Assembly (NCBI RefSeq): GCF_025643275.1 | Contig: NZ_CP089977.1 | Span: 1,140,001 to 1,172,000, forward strand | DNA length: 32,000 nucleotides | Source: Moraxella nasicaprae | GTDB lineage: Bacteria > Pseudomonadota > Gammaproteobacteria > Pseudomonadales > Moraxellaceae | Direction of reading: 5' to 3' | Shown here: positions 9,711 to 18,634 of the stretch, piece by piece | Numbering within the stretch: position 1 is the first letter of the stretch | Layout of the letters: each line of letters starts with the position of its first letter | Program-made: the position numbers and the translations under genes | The notes under the pieces: generated by a model | Told to the model about the DNA's origin: nothing | Database searches by the model: none | The model's input: the letters and a program-made list of their open reading frames with translations, nothing else

Positions 9711-12263
9711 ATGTTTAAACTGCCAAAGTGGTTTGGTCAAACAAACCAATCTAACAATCAAGAAAGCACCTTAGAACAAAAACCAAGCTCGTATCGTCGC
9801 TTATCCGCCAAAGGATTGTCGCTGGCGGTCAAGCCAAGCCTGATTGGTGAAGTGCCAGAGTTGGATACGCACATACCGACTTTTTATGTGATTCGAGCTT
9901 ATTCTCGCTCCAATAGTTTGCTGGTTGGTATGCAGACGCAGGAGCTTGGCTTGCCATCAGCACTGGCTCCCATTAAAACCGATGACATCAACGAAACTTC
10001 GGCGATGATTTTTTTGCAAGACCGCAGACAAGGCAATCCGACCAAGCCAAGCTCTCGGCTTGATAGATTGATTGCAGCGGCACTTGCCAATCCAGAATTA
10101 CAAGTCAGATTAGTGCCAGTCACGATTTTATGGGGACGAGCCCCTGACAAAGAGGAGTCTTTGTTCCGTTTGTTGATGGCGGACGAATGGCAGTCGCCCA
10201 ATATTCCCAAGCAGCTGTTTAATATTGGCGTGATGGGGCGAGATACTTTTGTGCAATTTTCCAAGCCAAAAGACCTGCAAAAACTCATCAGTGATGCTAA
10301 GGCAGGCGTGGGCGATGACCTGACACAAATCATTGCGTTGCGACTCAAAGGCTATCTGGATAAGCAACGCACCAGCATTGTTGGGCCTGATTTATCCGAC
10401 AGACGCAATATTGCAGGGACGATTCTATCATCGCCTGTGGTGCAGGCCGCCATCGAAAAAGAAGCCCAAGCCTCAGGTCGCAGTATCGCTCAGGTTAAGG
10501 CAGAGGCACAAGGCTATCTGGGCGAGATTACCAGTGATTATTCGCATTCGGTGATGCGATTTTTTGACCACTTTTTGACTTGGCTATGGACTCGCCTGTA
10601 CGATGGCGTGGAAGTGCGACACTTTGAGCGAGTGAGGGAGCTGGCTGCCGACCATCAAATCGTCTATGTACCGTGCCATCGCAGCCACATGGACTACCTA
10701 TTATTATCTTATGTGATTTATAAACAAGGATTAAGAATACCGCACATCGCTGCTGGCGATAATCTAAATATTCCGATTTTGGGCGAGATTTTGCGAAATG
10801 GCGGTGCGTTCTTCATGCGTCGTAGTTTCAAGGGTAATGCCCTATACAGCACGGTGTTTAAGGAGTATGTACACAGCCTTATGCAGCGAGCAGCACCGAT
10901 GGAATATTTCATCGAGGGTGGTCGTTCTCGTTCGGGTCGTCTGTTACCGCCCAAACTTGGTATGCTGGCGATGACGGTGAATAGCCATCTTAGAGAGCCT
11001 GCCAAGCCTGTGGTGTTTATCCCAACTTACATCAGCTATGAACGCATCATGGAAGGGGCAACTTATGTGGGCGAATTAAAGGGCAAGCCCAAAGAAAGTG
11101 AAAACTGGCTTGGTATCCTAAAAACCGCTCGCAAGATTGAACGGATTTTTGGTACGGTGCATTTGGTGTTTGGCGAACCGCTACATTTGAATGATTTTAT
11201 GCAGAAATTTTCTGTCAAGCCGATGGAAAATTCTGATGAAAACACCAAAAACACGCACGCCATGGTACAAAATCTGGGCGTCAAAGTGATGCAAAACATC
11301 AATAAAGCGGCGGTGGTCAATCCTGTATCATTGTTGGCTTTGGTGCTGTTATCCACGCCAAATCTGGCACTTGATGAGAATCAGTGTATTCAGCAGATTC
11401 AACTGTATCAGCATCTTGCCCAAGCATTGCCTTATGATGCTGACACTCATGTGACCGACATGACCCCAAAACAAATCATCGATCATGGAGTGAAGCTAAA
11501 ACTCATCGAACGCACGCCACATATTTTGGGCGACATGGTGCGTGTGGCGGACAAACAAGCTCCTTTGCTGAGTTATTTTAGGAACAACATCTTGCATGTG
11601 TTCATCATTGCAAGTTTTATGGCGGCATTGGTACAACGAAATGGTCGTATCTATCGAGATAAATTAGATGGCATCACCAAGCTGCTGTACCCGTTTTTAC
11701 AAAGTGAATTATTTTTAAAAACTTCCCTAAGAAACATCACTGAGACGACCGATGGCGTGCTGGATTTGCTCATCGAACAAAAAGTGATTGTGGACTTGGG
11801 CGATGGTGTGCTTGGCTCGCCACAGGGTAATAGCGTGGCATATCAGCAGTTGATGGTGCTGGCTGCTCCTGCCCAGCAGAGTTTGGAACGCTATTTTATG
11901 GCATTGACTTTATTGTCAGAGCAAGGCTCAAACCGCCTGACAACTGAACAGTTTATCAATCTGTGCCATGTGCTTGGTCAAAGAATCTCGGTGCTACACG
12001 CCGATGATTTGCCAGATATGTTTGACAAAGCATTGTTCCAAAGTTTCATTGATACTTTGGTGCGAACAGATTATGTCAGCATTGATGACAAAACAGAACT
12101 GCTCAAATTTGATGAACGCATCGATCAGATTGCCCAAAACGCCAAATTTGTCTTGCAGCCCGATGTGATGCAGCTGCTTCGCCACAGTGCCAATCTGTCT
12201 AACGAAGAGATGACGCTTGCCATCGAGCAGATGAGCCAAAAACGCAAATTTGGACGCAAGTGA
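9711..12263 (+). CDS. plsB: Glycerol-3-phosphate 1-O-acyltransferase
   Basis: 850 aa. HX4D catalytic motif VPCHRSHMDYLLLSY, FIEGGRSRSGRLL, and long collinear similarity to E. coli PlsB (for example FKGNALYSTVFKEY). Confidence 0.95.
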   Translation: MFKLPKWFGQTNQSNNQESTLEQKPSSYRRLSAKGLSLAVKPSLIGEVPELDTHIPTFYVIRAYSRSNSLLVGMQTQELGLPSALAPIKTDDINETSAMIFLQDRRQGNPTKPSSRLDRLIAAALANPELQVRLVPVTILWGRAPDKEESLFRLLMADEWQSPNIPKQLFNIGVMGRDTFVQFSKPKDLQKLISDAKAGVGDDLTQIIALRLKGYLDKQRTSIVGPDLSDRRNIAGTILSSPVVQAAIEKEAQASGRSIAQVKAEAQGYLGEITSDYSHSVMRFFDHFLTWLWTRLYDGVEVRHFERVRELAADHQIVYVPCHRSHMDYLLLSYVIYKQGLRIPHIAAGDNLNIPILGEILRNGGAFFMRRSFKGNALYSTVFKEYVHSLMQRAAPMEYFIEGGRSRSGRLLPPKLGMLAMTVNSHLREPAKPVVFIPTYISYERIMEGATYVGELKGKPKESENWLGILKTARKIERIFGTVHLVFGEPLHLNDFMQKFSVKPMENSDENTKNTHAMVQNLGVKVMQNINKAAVVNPVSLLALVLLSTPNLALDENQCIQQIQLYQHLAQALPYDADTHVTDMTPKQIIDHGVKLKLIERTPHILGDMVRVADKQAPLLSYFRNNILHVFIIASFMAALVQRNGRIYRDKLDGITKLLYPFLQSELFLKTSLRNITETTDGVLDLLIEQKVIVDLGDGVLGSPQGNSVAYQQLMVLAAPAQQSLERYFMALTLLSEQGSNRLTTEQFINLCHVLGQRISVLHADDLPDMFDKALFQSFIDTLVRTDYVSIDDKTELLKFDERIDQIAQNAKFVLQPDVMQLLRHSANLSNEEMTLAIEQMSQKRKFGRK

Positions 12264-12312
12264 TGATGAATTTGGTTAGAATGCAAAACTTGTATTGACC
12301 TGATGGTGTTTT

Positions 12313-12333
12313 TATTATCATAAATTGTCATTG
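12313..12333. promoter_or_regulatory. Weak Fur-box-like AT hexamer array overlapping a possible fhuC promoter
   Basis: TATTAT-CATAAA hexamers (NATWAT-like) lie just downstream of a TTGACC -35-like hexamer (12295-12300). Only two hexamers are good, so the match is marginal. Confidence 0.3.
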
Positions 12334-12464
12334 ATTTTTTGTTTTGAGTTCATCAAGCCGTCAAACGCTTGTTTTGATGTGCTTGATGAGCTTTATTATT
12401 TGAAAAAGATTTGGGCGACTTGCCAAATTTCTTGCCCAGATATTTGTTTTTATAGATTGATTTT

Positions 12465-13229
12465 ATGCTCATCACTCAACAGCTGTCGGTTTATGCTTAC
12501 CAAAAAACCTTATTAAAAAACATCAACTTACAACTAAAACCTGCCACACTCTATGGTCTGATTGGGCATAATGGTTCTGGCAAGTCCACGCTCATCAAGG
12601 CGTTGTCTGGCAACATCAAGCCCAGCGATGGCAAGGTTTTGCTTGATGGGCAAAATCTGCATGATTTATCCCCAAAACTGCTTGCCAAACAACTGGCGTA
12701 TCTGCCCCAAAAACTGCCCGAGCAAGCAGGATTTAGTACCAAAGAACTGGTGATGCTTGGGCGTTATCCGCACCAAAGTTTTCTATCTAGACCCTCTGAG
12801 CAGGATTATCAGCTGGTTGAAAAAGCGATGGCGGTAACAGGGGTTGCACCGTTTGCCGCAGCCAGTTTGGCAACTTTGTCAGGCGGTGAAAAGGCTCGCG
12901 CGTGGCTTGCGATGTGTCTGGCTCAAAAGACCCCTTATTTGTTGCTTGATGAACCATTAGCACCACTTGACATCGTATATCAAGTACAGATTCTTGAATT
13001 GATTCAACGCCTTGCCCACGAACAAGGTCTGTGCGTGGTGGTCATCATTCATGACATCAATCTGGCAAGTCAATTTTGTGATGAAATCATCGCCCTAAAA
13101 GGCGGGGAACTGGTCTATCAGGGCGATGCCCAGACCCTGATGAATGCAGAAACCTTGCACGATATTTTTGGGATAAGATTGACGCTATTGACGCACCCAA
13201 CCACAGGCAAACAGGTGGCGGTGGTTTGA
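12465..13229 (+). CDS. fhuC: Iron(III)-hydroxamate/siderophore ABC transporter ATP-binding protein
   Basis: Walker A GHNGSGKST (as in E. coli Fhu[14 protein letters not shown]), signature LSGGEKARAWLA, Walker B LLLDEPLAPLD, H-loop IIHDIN. It is the first gene of a C-D-B arrangement. Confidence 0.85.
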   Translation: MLITQQLSVYAYQKTLLKNINLQLKPATLYGLIGHNGSGKSTLIKALSGNIKPSDGKVLLDGQNLHDLSPKLLAKQLAYLPQKLPEQAGFSTKELVMLGRYPHQSFLSRPSEQDYQLVEKAMAVTGVAPFAAASLATLSGGEKARAWLAMCLAQKTPYLLLDEPLAPLDIVYQVQILELIQRLAHEQGLCVVVIIHDINLASQFCDEIIALKGGELVYQGDAQTLMNAETLHDIFGIRLTLLTHPTTGKQVAVV

Positions 13230-14155
13230 TGAAAGGGTTTATGTTATTTGGCTTGGTTTTGATGATGACCGCTTGCTCCAAGACTGACGCACCGCATCAA
13301 TCAACCAGCAATACCAATCATCTTAGTCCAAGCATGAGCATCATTACCCCAGATTGGGGCGTTGCATCGACGCTGGTCGGTATCGGCAATCCTCCTGTGG
13401 CGACGGGCGATTTGACCACTTTACCTGATTGGTCGGTCAGTCCAGCCATGCCTGAGGGTGTGATGGATTTGGGGACAAGATTCACGCCCAATCCTGAGCT
13501 GATGGCACAGTTATCGGCAGATTTGTTTATTTATACAGGATTTTATGGTCATCTAAACACCGTTACCATGCCTGCTTGGGAGTATCAAGGTGTTGATAGA
13601 AAAGGTCGAGAGCCTGTCTGGGCAGATTATGCGCAGGCTGTTTTGGCGTTGGGCGATAAAATTGGCAAAAAAGAACAAACGGTCAATTATATCAATCAGG
13701 TCGCCAAACACCTAGAACAGCAAGGAGAGATTTTTCAAAAGCGATATCCGCACATCAAGCGACTTGCTGTGATGCAAATTCCTAATGCCACTCAGTTTTA
13801 TCATTACACCACATCTACGCCGTTTGGCGTGGCAATGGAAAAAATGGGATTGGCGTCGATGGCATTTGGCGATGCTGGCGAATGGGGTACTTATATTGGG
13901 CAACTCAATGAGCTGACCAAACTTGACGCAGATACTTGTCTTGTGATTGTTGCTCCGTTTAGTCCGATGCTCAAAGCAGAGCTGGCAAAAAATCCCTTAT
14001 GGCAACGCTTAGGCTATGACGATGGCAGTCGCTGTGCGATGGTCATGCAACCTGCGTGGGCGTATGGCGATTTGGCGAGCATGACAGGGTTTGCTGATGG
14101 GCTGGTGAATGCGACTGCTTATACTGATTTTGGTCATCTTGGTGGTAATAAGTGA
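13229..14155 (+). CDS. fhuD: Siderophore (hydroxamate-type) periplasmic binding lipoprotein, FhuD-like
   Basis: Lipobox MTAC. Collinear similarity to E. coli FhuD (DLGTRFTPNPELM versus DVGLRTEPNLELL; NPLWQRL versus TPLWQAM). The ATG at 13229 overlaps the fhuC stop (TGATG). Confidence 0.75.
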   Translation: MKGFMLFGLVLMMTACSKTDAPHQSTSNTNHLSPSMSIITPDWGVASTLVGIGNPPVATGDLTTLPDWSVSPAMPEGVMDLGTRFTPNPELMAQLSADLFIYTGFYGHLNTVTMPAWEYQGVDRKGREPVWADYAQAVLALGDKIGKKEQTVNYINQVAKHLEQQGEIFQKRYPHIKRLAVMQIPNATQFYHYTTSTPFGVAMEKMGLASMAFGDAGEWGTYIGQLNELTKLDADTCLVIVAPFSPMLKAELAKNPLWQRLGYDDGSRCAMVMQPAWAYGDLASMTGFADGLVNATAYTDFGHLGGNK

Positions 14156-16161
14156 TGATGAAAACAAGTCATGTATTTTTGATTGGATTGTTGGTTTTGG
14201 CATTCATCACAAGCCATGCTGTCATTGATGGGCAATGGCAAGGCGATGTGGCAACATTATTTTTATCCACCAATGTTTTATTGGAAAAATTAAATCACCA
14301 TTCGCTGTCCCTAGCTGATTTTGGTGTCGCATTGTCGTTGATTCCCACGATGGTGGTGGCGATATTGGCAGGTGGACTATTGGGTGTGTGCAGTACCTTA
14401 TTGCAGACCTTGACCAAAAATCCATTGGCGTCAGACAGCACTTTGGCGGTGGGCGGTGGAGCCCAAATGGCATTGCTGATTACCACGATTTTCTTACCCA
14501 GTTTTGGTTTGTATGGCAATTTTTGGGTGGGATTTTTGGGGGCATTAGCAAGCATTGGATTGATTTTTTTATTGTCCGCTCCTAGTCGGTTTAGCCCTGT
14601 GGTGATGGTGCTGTCAGGCTTGATGGTCAATATTGTGCTTGGGGCGGTTGCCAATGTACTGATTTTGCAGTATGCCCAATATGGACTGGGGGTGCTGTTG
14701 TGGGGCAGTGGTGTGCTGACCCAATCAGGCTTTACTAAGTCTTTGACGCTGCTGATGACTTTGTGTGTATTGATAATTGCCATCGCACCTGTCTATAAAG
14801 CGATGAGTGTGATGAGTCTTGATGATGAGCGTGCCAAAAGTCTGGGCGTGAGTGTGGGCAAGATTCGCCTGTATGTGACGGTGCTGGTGGCGGGTGTATT
14901 ATCCATCATCGTGGGTAATTTAGGATTGATTGGTTTTGTGGGCTTGATGGGAGCGACGCTTGCCAATGCCATGCCCGTGCATCGACTGTGGCAAAAATTG
15001 CTGGCAAGTTTTGTGTTTGGGGCATTGACCTTATGGATTACCAGCAATCTAACCACGCTCTTTTTGGCAAATACAGGCATCGGAGCAGGGGCGATGACCG
15101 CTTTATTGGGAACGCCTTTGATGATTTATTGGTTGTTTCGCCTGCCCAAACAAAAAGATGACTCATTTGCCATTACCATGGCTTTTGACAAAACAGCTCG
15201 ACCCCATCTGCTTGTGATGGCATTATTGCTTTTGATGATGATTGCTTTATGGTTTGCACCAAAAGTGGTCAATGATGGCACGATGATGCAAATCGTTTGG
15301 GCATGGGCAGGGATTGATGATGGCTGGCTCATCAGTGAATACCGCTTGCCAAGAACCTTGACGGCAATCAGTGCAGGTGTGATGCTATCTGTGGCAGGCG
15401 TGGTGCTACAAAGTATGAGCAACAACCCAATGGCAAGTCCAGAAGTGCTAGGCATCAGTAGCAGTACAGCCATGGGTGTGGTCGCAGGTTTTGTGATTTT
15501 GCCGATGATGGGCATCACACCAACGATGAGTACGCTGTTTGGCTTTGGTCTGGCGGGGGCAGCACTGTCTTTGGCGTTCATTCTTTGGTTGTCTGGTCGA
15601 GTGGCAAGTAGTGCATTACTGTTGACGGGTGTGGCGGTGTCTGCATTGGTGGGTGTGCTGATGAGCATCATCAAAGTCTCTGGCAATCCGCAGCTGACAA
15701 CGGTGTTGTCATTTTTTTCAGGGTCAAGTTATTATGCCAATCCAAGCACTGCGTATGCTTATGCAGGGGTGGCGATGGCTGGTCTAATCATGGCTGTTTT
15801 GTATGCCAAACCGCTTGGATTGCTTGGCTTTGGCAGAGGCATTGCCCAAGGGCGTGGACTTGATGTGACTTGGACAAATGGGGTATTGCTTGGCTTGGTG
15901 GCACTGCTGTCTGTGACCGCCACTTTTGCCACAGGCGTGCTAAGTTTCGTTGGCTTGATGACACCGCACCTAGCGATGATGATGGGAGCTAGAACTTTAC
16001 AACAACGCCTGTTGGTCTCAGCTTTATTGGGAGCGTGCCTGTTGGTGGTGGCTGACTGGGTGGGGCGTTATGTCATTTTCCCTTATGAAATCCCTGCTGG
16101 CACGATTGCCTCTTTGGTGGGAGGTGTGTATTTTGTTGGACTGATGAGAAAATTTCGATGA
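14155..16161 (+). CDS. fhuB: Fused double-domain siderophore ABC permease (FhuB-like)
   Basis: About 668 aa and strongly hydrophobic throughout, with two tandem FecCD-type halves like E. coli FhuB (660 aa). The ATG at 14155 overlaps the fhuD stop (TGATG). Confidence 0.85.
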   Translation: MMKTSHVFLIGLLVLAFITSHAVIDGQWQGDVATLFLSTNVLLEKLNHHSLSLADFGVALSLIPTMVVAILAGGLLGVCSTLLQTLTKNPLASDSTLAVGGGAQMALLITTIFLPSFGLYGNFWVGFLGALASIGLIFLLSAPSRFSPVVMVLSGLMVNIVLGAVANVLILQYAQYGLGVLLWGSGVLTQSGFTKSLTLLMTLCVLIIAIAPVYKAMSVMSLDDERAKSLGVSVGKIRLYVTVLVAGVLSIIVGNLGLIGFVGLMGATLANAMPVHRLWQKLLASFVFGALTLWITSNLTTLFLANTGIGAGAMTALLGTPLMIYWLFRLPKQKDDSFAITMAFDKTARPHLLVMALLLLMMIALWFAPKVVNDGTMMQIVWAWAGIDDGWLISEYRLPRTLTAISAGVMLSVAGVVLQSMSNNPMASPEVLGISSSTAMGVVAGFVILPMMGITPTMSTLFGFGLAGAALSLAFILWLSGRVASSALLLTGVAVSALVGVLMSIIKVSGNPQLTTVLSFFSGSSYYANPSTAYAYAGVAMAGLIMAVLYAKPLGLLGFGRGIAQGRGLDVTWTNGVLLGLVALLSVTATFATGVLSFVGLMTPHLAMMMGARTLQQRLLVSALLGACLLVVADWVGRYVIFPYEIPAGTIASLVGGVYFVGLMRKFR

Positions 16162-16192
16162 GCTGACTTTCTTTTTGGTCACGCTGATTGAT

Positions 16193-16222
16193 TTGTTGCT
16201 TATTTTAATGATTTGTATTATC
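16193..16222 (+). promoter_or_regulatory. Candidate Fur-repressed sigma70 promoter
   Basis: -35 TTGTTG (16193-98), 17-nt spacer, -10 TATTAT (16216-21). The 19-mer TTTAATGATTTGTATTATC (16204-16222) matches the Fur consensus GATAATGATAATCATTATC at 13/19 and overlaps the -10. Confidence 0.5.
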
Positions 16223-16290
16223 ATTAAGCAATTTGGTGCATGAATGATTTGATTGAACACCAAAAGCCTGTACTTTTTGATGGAAAAAAG

Positions 16291-16320
16291 AAGTCTGCAC
16301 ATCAAGGTGCAGGCTTTTTT
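16291..16320 (+). terminator. Canonical intrinsic terminator between the Fur-box promoter and the receptor gene
   Basis: Stem 16293-16300 pairs with 16307-16314 (GTCTGCAC/GTGCAGGC: 8 bp, including one G-U). The loop is 6 nt, two extra A-U pairs are possible, and a T6 run follows (16315-16320). Confidence 0.7.
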
Positions 16321-16423
16321 GTTGCACAAAAGTTTTTTTATGATGATTTGCCATGCACAAGATGACTGCTTGTCAAACTTCACCCAGTTGTTGGGCGTGT
16401 GCATGGTATTACAGAGTGATTTG

Positions 16424-18589
16424 ATGATGCGTATTTCTCCTTTGTCTTTGACAATCAAAAGTTTATTAGTGACCAGCTTGATTGGTACTGCCGCTGCCAA
16501 TAACAATGAGCCAGCTGATGTGAATTTGGGTACAGTTGTGGTGACGGTCAGTGCTGATGCCAGCAGCGTGGGTCTAAAAAAAGCTCATGCAGGCGGACAG
16601 TTTGCCAAAGGCAGTCGTGTGGGCATTTTGGGCAATAAAGATGTGATGGACACGCCTTTTTCTACCACAGCCTATACCCAAAAATTCATCAAAGACACCC
16701 AAGCTGACAGCGTGGGCGAAGTGCTAAAAAAAGACCCGACGGTACAGCTGGCACGAGGCTATGGTAATTTTCAAGAAGCCTACATGATGCGTGGTTTTGT
16801 GACTTATTCTGATGACACGATGTACAATGGTCTGTATGGCATCATGCCTCGACAATACACCGCTGGCGAGCTGTTTGAGCGAGTAGAGATTCAGCGAGGT
16901 GCTTCGGCTGCCCTTAATGGCGTGTCACCAGGCGGTGCTAACACAGGTGGTACGATTACTCTGCTACCAAAACGAGCTGGCAATAATCCAAAAAAAGAAC
17001 TGACAGTCAGCTATGAATCAGATGGACAGGTCAAAGTGGCGGCTGATGTGGGGCAACGCTTCGTGGGTAACAAAGTGGGCGTGCGTGTCAATGCTGCCTA
17101 TGGCAAGGGCGATGGTGCGGTATCGGGCGAAGAAAAAGAGACCAAGCTTATCTCTGTGGGCAGCGACTATCGTGGCGAAAACTTGCGTGTGTCTTTTGAT
17201 GTCGGTCATCAAGAGGTAACAGACACCGCCAAACGCAGCAGTGTTGATGTCAATGCCGCCACCGTAGCACCAAAAGCGGTCAATGCTAAGACGAATTGGA
17301 CACAAAACTGGGCAAATACCCAATCTAAGGACACCTTTGCAACCGTGCGTGGCGAGTACGATTTTAATGACAACATCACCGCTTTTGCTGCTTATGGTAT
17401 GCGTCAAGGCGAAGAAAATAATGTGCTTGGTGGTGGATTTTTCTACTTGACTGATGGTAAGACGGGCGATGGCTATTACACCAGCTTTGATAATAATCGC
17501 AAGGACGACATCAAGACAGGCGAGCTTGGTGTTAAGGGTAATTTTCAAACGGGCAAGCTAAGCCATGCTTGGACACTGACCGCTAACGCCTATCAAGCCG
17601 AAGAAAAAAATGCCACCGTGTGGGATTGGAGTAATCAGCAAGCCAACAATCTATACAGTCCAACGCAGGGCGATAAGCCAGCGTTATCAGCAGCGGTGTA
17701 TCGTTCGGGCGGTTCTTTGGACAACCCAAGTCTGACGGCGACCACCAAATTAAACAGCATTGCTTTGGCAAATACCATTGGTGCATTGGACGATGATTTA
17801 CAGCTGACTTTGGGGGCTCGTTATCAAGCCATCAAAACCCAAGACCATACTTGGAATACTCATTATGATGACAGCAAAGTATCGCCTGTATTTGCTGCCA
17901 ACTATCGTTTTGCTCCAAGCTGGTCAGCATTTGCCAATTATAGCGAAAAATTGACGGCAGGCAAAAATGTCAGCATCAATGCCAGCACCCAAATGCTTAA
18001 ACCATATGTCTCCAAGCAGGCTGAATTGGGCGTGAAATATGACCAAGATGGCATCGGAGCGACCGCATCGGTTTTCCAAATCAAAGAACCAAGAGCATCT
18101 TTGGCAAATGGCAATGCCGACACCAAAGGCGATAATGTGCATCAGGGCTTGGAAGTGATGGTGTATGGTGCTGCCACACCAAATCTGCGTCTAAACACAG
18201 GCTTTACGGTGCTTGATGCCAAACAAAAAGACACAGACGATGCCTTTGATGGCAAGACAGTCATTGGTGCTGCCAAGTTTAATTGGCGTACAGGTGCTGA
18301 ATATGACTTAGATGGCATCGAAGGATTAACTTTGACAGGCGATGTCTTACACACTGGCAGTCGCTATGCCAAAGCTGACAATAGCCTAAAAATCGATGGC
18401 TATACCTTGCTTAATCTAGGGGCAAGATACCACACCGAGCTGGGTGCCGTGCCAGTGACTTTGCGTGGCAATGTAGAAAATGTATTTAACACCAAGCATT
18501 GGGCAAGTGTGGGTGGCTATCCTGGACAGGGCTACTTGGTGGCAGGCGAGCCACGCACCGTCAAGGTCTCAGCATCGTTTGATTTTTAA
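16424..18589 (+). CDS. TonB-dependent siderophore receptor (FhuA/FhuE-like)
   Basis: Signal peptide MMRISPLSLTIKSLLVTSLIGTAAA. TonB-box-like GTVVVTV, plug motifs (DTPFSTTAY, RGF..YMMRGF, ERVEIQRGASA), a beta-barrel repeat character and a C-terminal aromatic (SASFDF). The track ORF start at 16253 adds a non-signal-like extension that runs through the terminator. Confidence 0.88.
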   Translation: MMRISPLSLTIKSLLVTSLIGTAAANNNEPADVNLGTVVVTVSADASSVGLKKAHAGGQFAKGSRVGILGNKDVMDTPFSTTAYTQKFIKDTQADSVGEVLKKDPTVQLARGYGNFQEAYMMRGFVTYSDDTMYNGLYGIMPRQYTAGELFERVEIQRGASAALNGVSPGGANTGGTITLLPKRAGNNPKKELTVSYESDGQVKVAADVGQRFVGNKVGVRVNAAYGKGDGAVSGEEKETKLISVGSDYRGENLRVSFDVGHQEVTDTAKRSSVDVNAATVAPKAVNAKTNWTQNWANTQSKDTFATVRGEYDFNDNITAFAAYGMRQGEENNVLGGGFFYLTDGKTGDGYYTSFDNNRKDDIKTGELGVKGNFQTGKLSHAWTLTANAYQAEEKNATVWDWSNQQANNLYSPTQGDKPALSAAVYRSGGSLDNPSLTATTKLNSIALANTIGALDDDLQLTLGARYQAIKTQDHTWNTHYDDSKVSPVFAANYRFAPSWSAFANYSEKLTAGKNVSINASTQMLKPYVSKQAELGVKYDQDGIGATASVFQIKEPRASLANGNADTKGDNVHQGLEVMVYGAATPNLRLNTGFTVLDAKQKDTDDAFDGKTVIGAAKFNWRTGAEYDLDGIEGLTLTGDVLHTGSRYAKADNSLKIDGYTLLNLGARYHTELGAVPVTLRGNVENVFNTKHWASVGGYPGQGYLVAGEPRTVKVSASFDF

Positions 18590-18604
18590 TCATCAACCTC
18601 TCAC

Positions 18605-18634
18605 AACCAACCGTTTTTGCGGTTGGTTTTTGTT
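18605..18634 (+). terminator. Intrinsic terminator or attenuator hairpin after the receptor gene, abutting the next start codon
   Basis: A 9-bp stem, AACCAACCG (18605-13) with CGGTTGGTT (18620-28), and a 6-nt loop. TTTGTT follows immediately, then the ATG at 18635. Confidence 0.65.

Noticed and set aside
16228-16320. The idea that the candidate Fur-regulated RNA pairs RyhB-style with the sdhCDAB or gltA translation-initiation regions present in this same window.
   Set aside because: I compared the reverse complement of its single-stranded segments with the sdhC, sdhD, sdhA, sdhB and gltA start regions by eye and found no extended complementarity. The sRNA idea is kept, but this specific target claim is not supported.
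16253-16423. The 57-codon N-terminal extension of the receptor ORF in the track (TTG start at 16253), and a 39-codon ATG ORF at 16240-16359 in another frame.
   Set aside because: The extension is not signal-peptide-like and runs straight through a canonical terminator hairpin, whereas a proper signal peptide begins at 16424. The 39-codon ORF has no usable SD. Both are treated as non-coding leader.
14222-16506. Long antisense ORFs opposite fhuB (for example 14295-14783, 14793-15080, 15126-15686, 16024-16506).
   Set aside because: They lie entirely opposite a well-supported permease gene. Their translations are low-complexity and Pro/Ser/Thr/Ala-rich, and they lack start signals. These are typical shadow ORFs.
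17018-18354. Antisense and out-of-frame ORFs inside the TonB-dependent receptor gene (17018-17548, 17583-17786, 17924-18142, 18142-18354).
   Set aside because: They are shadow ORFs opposite a gene with clear family motifs and have no independent signals.
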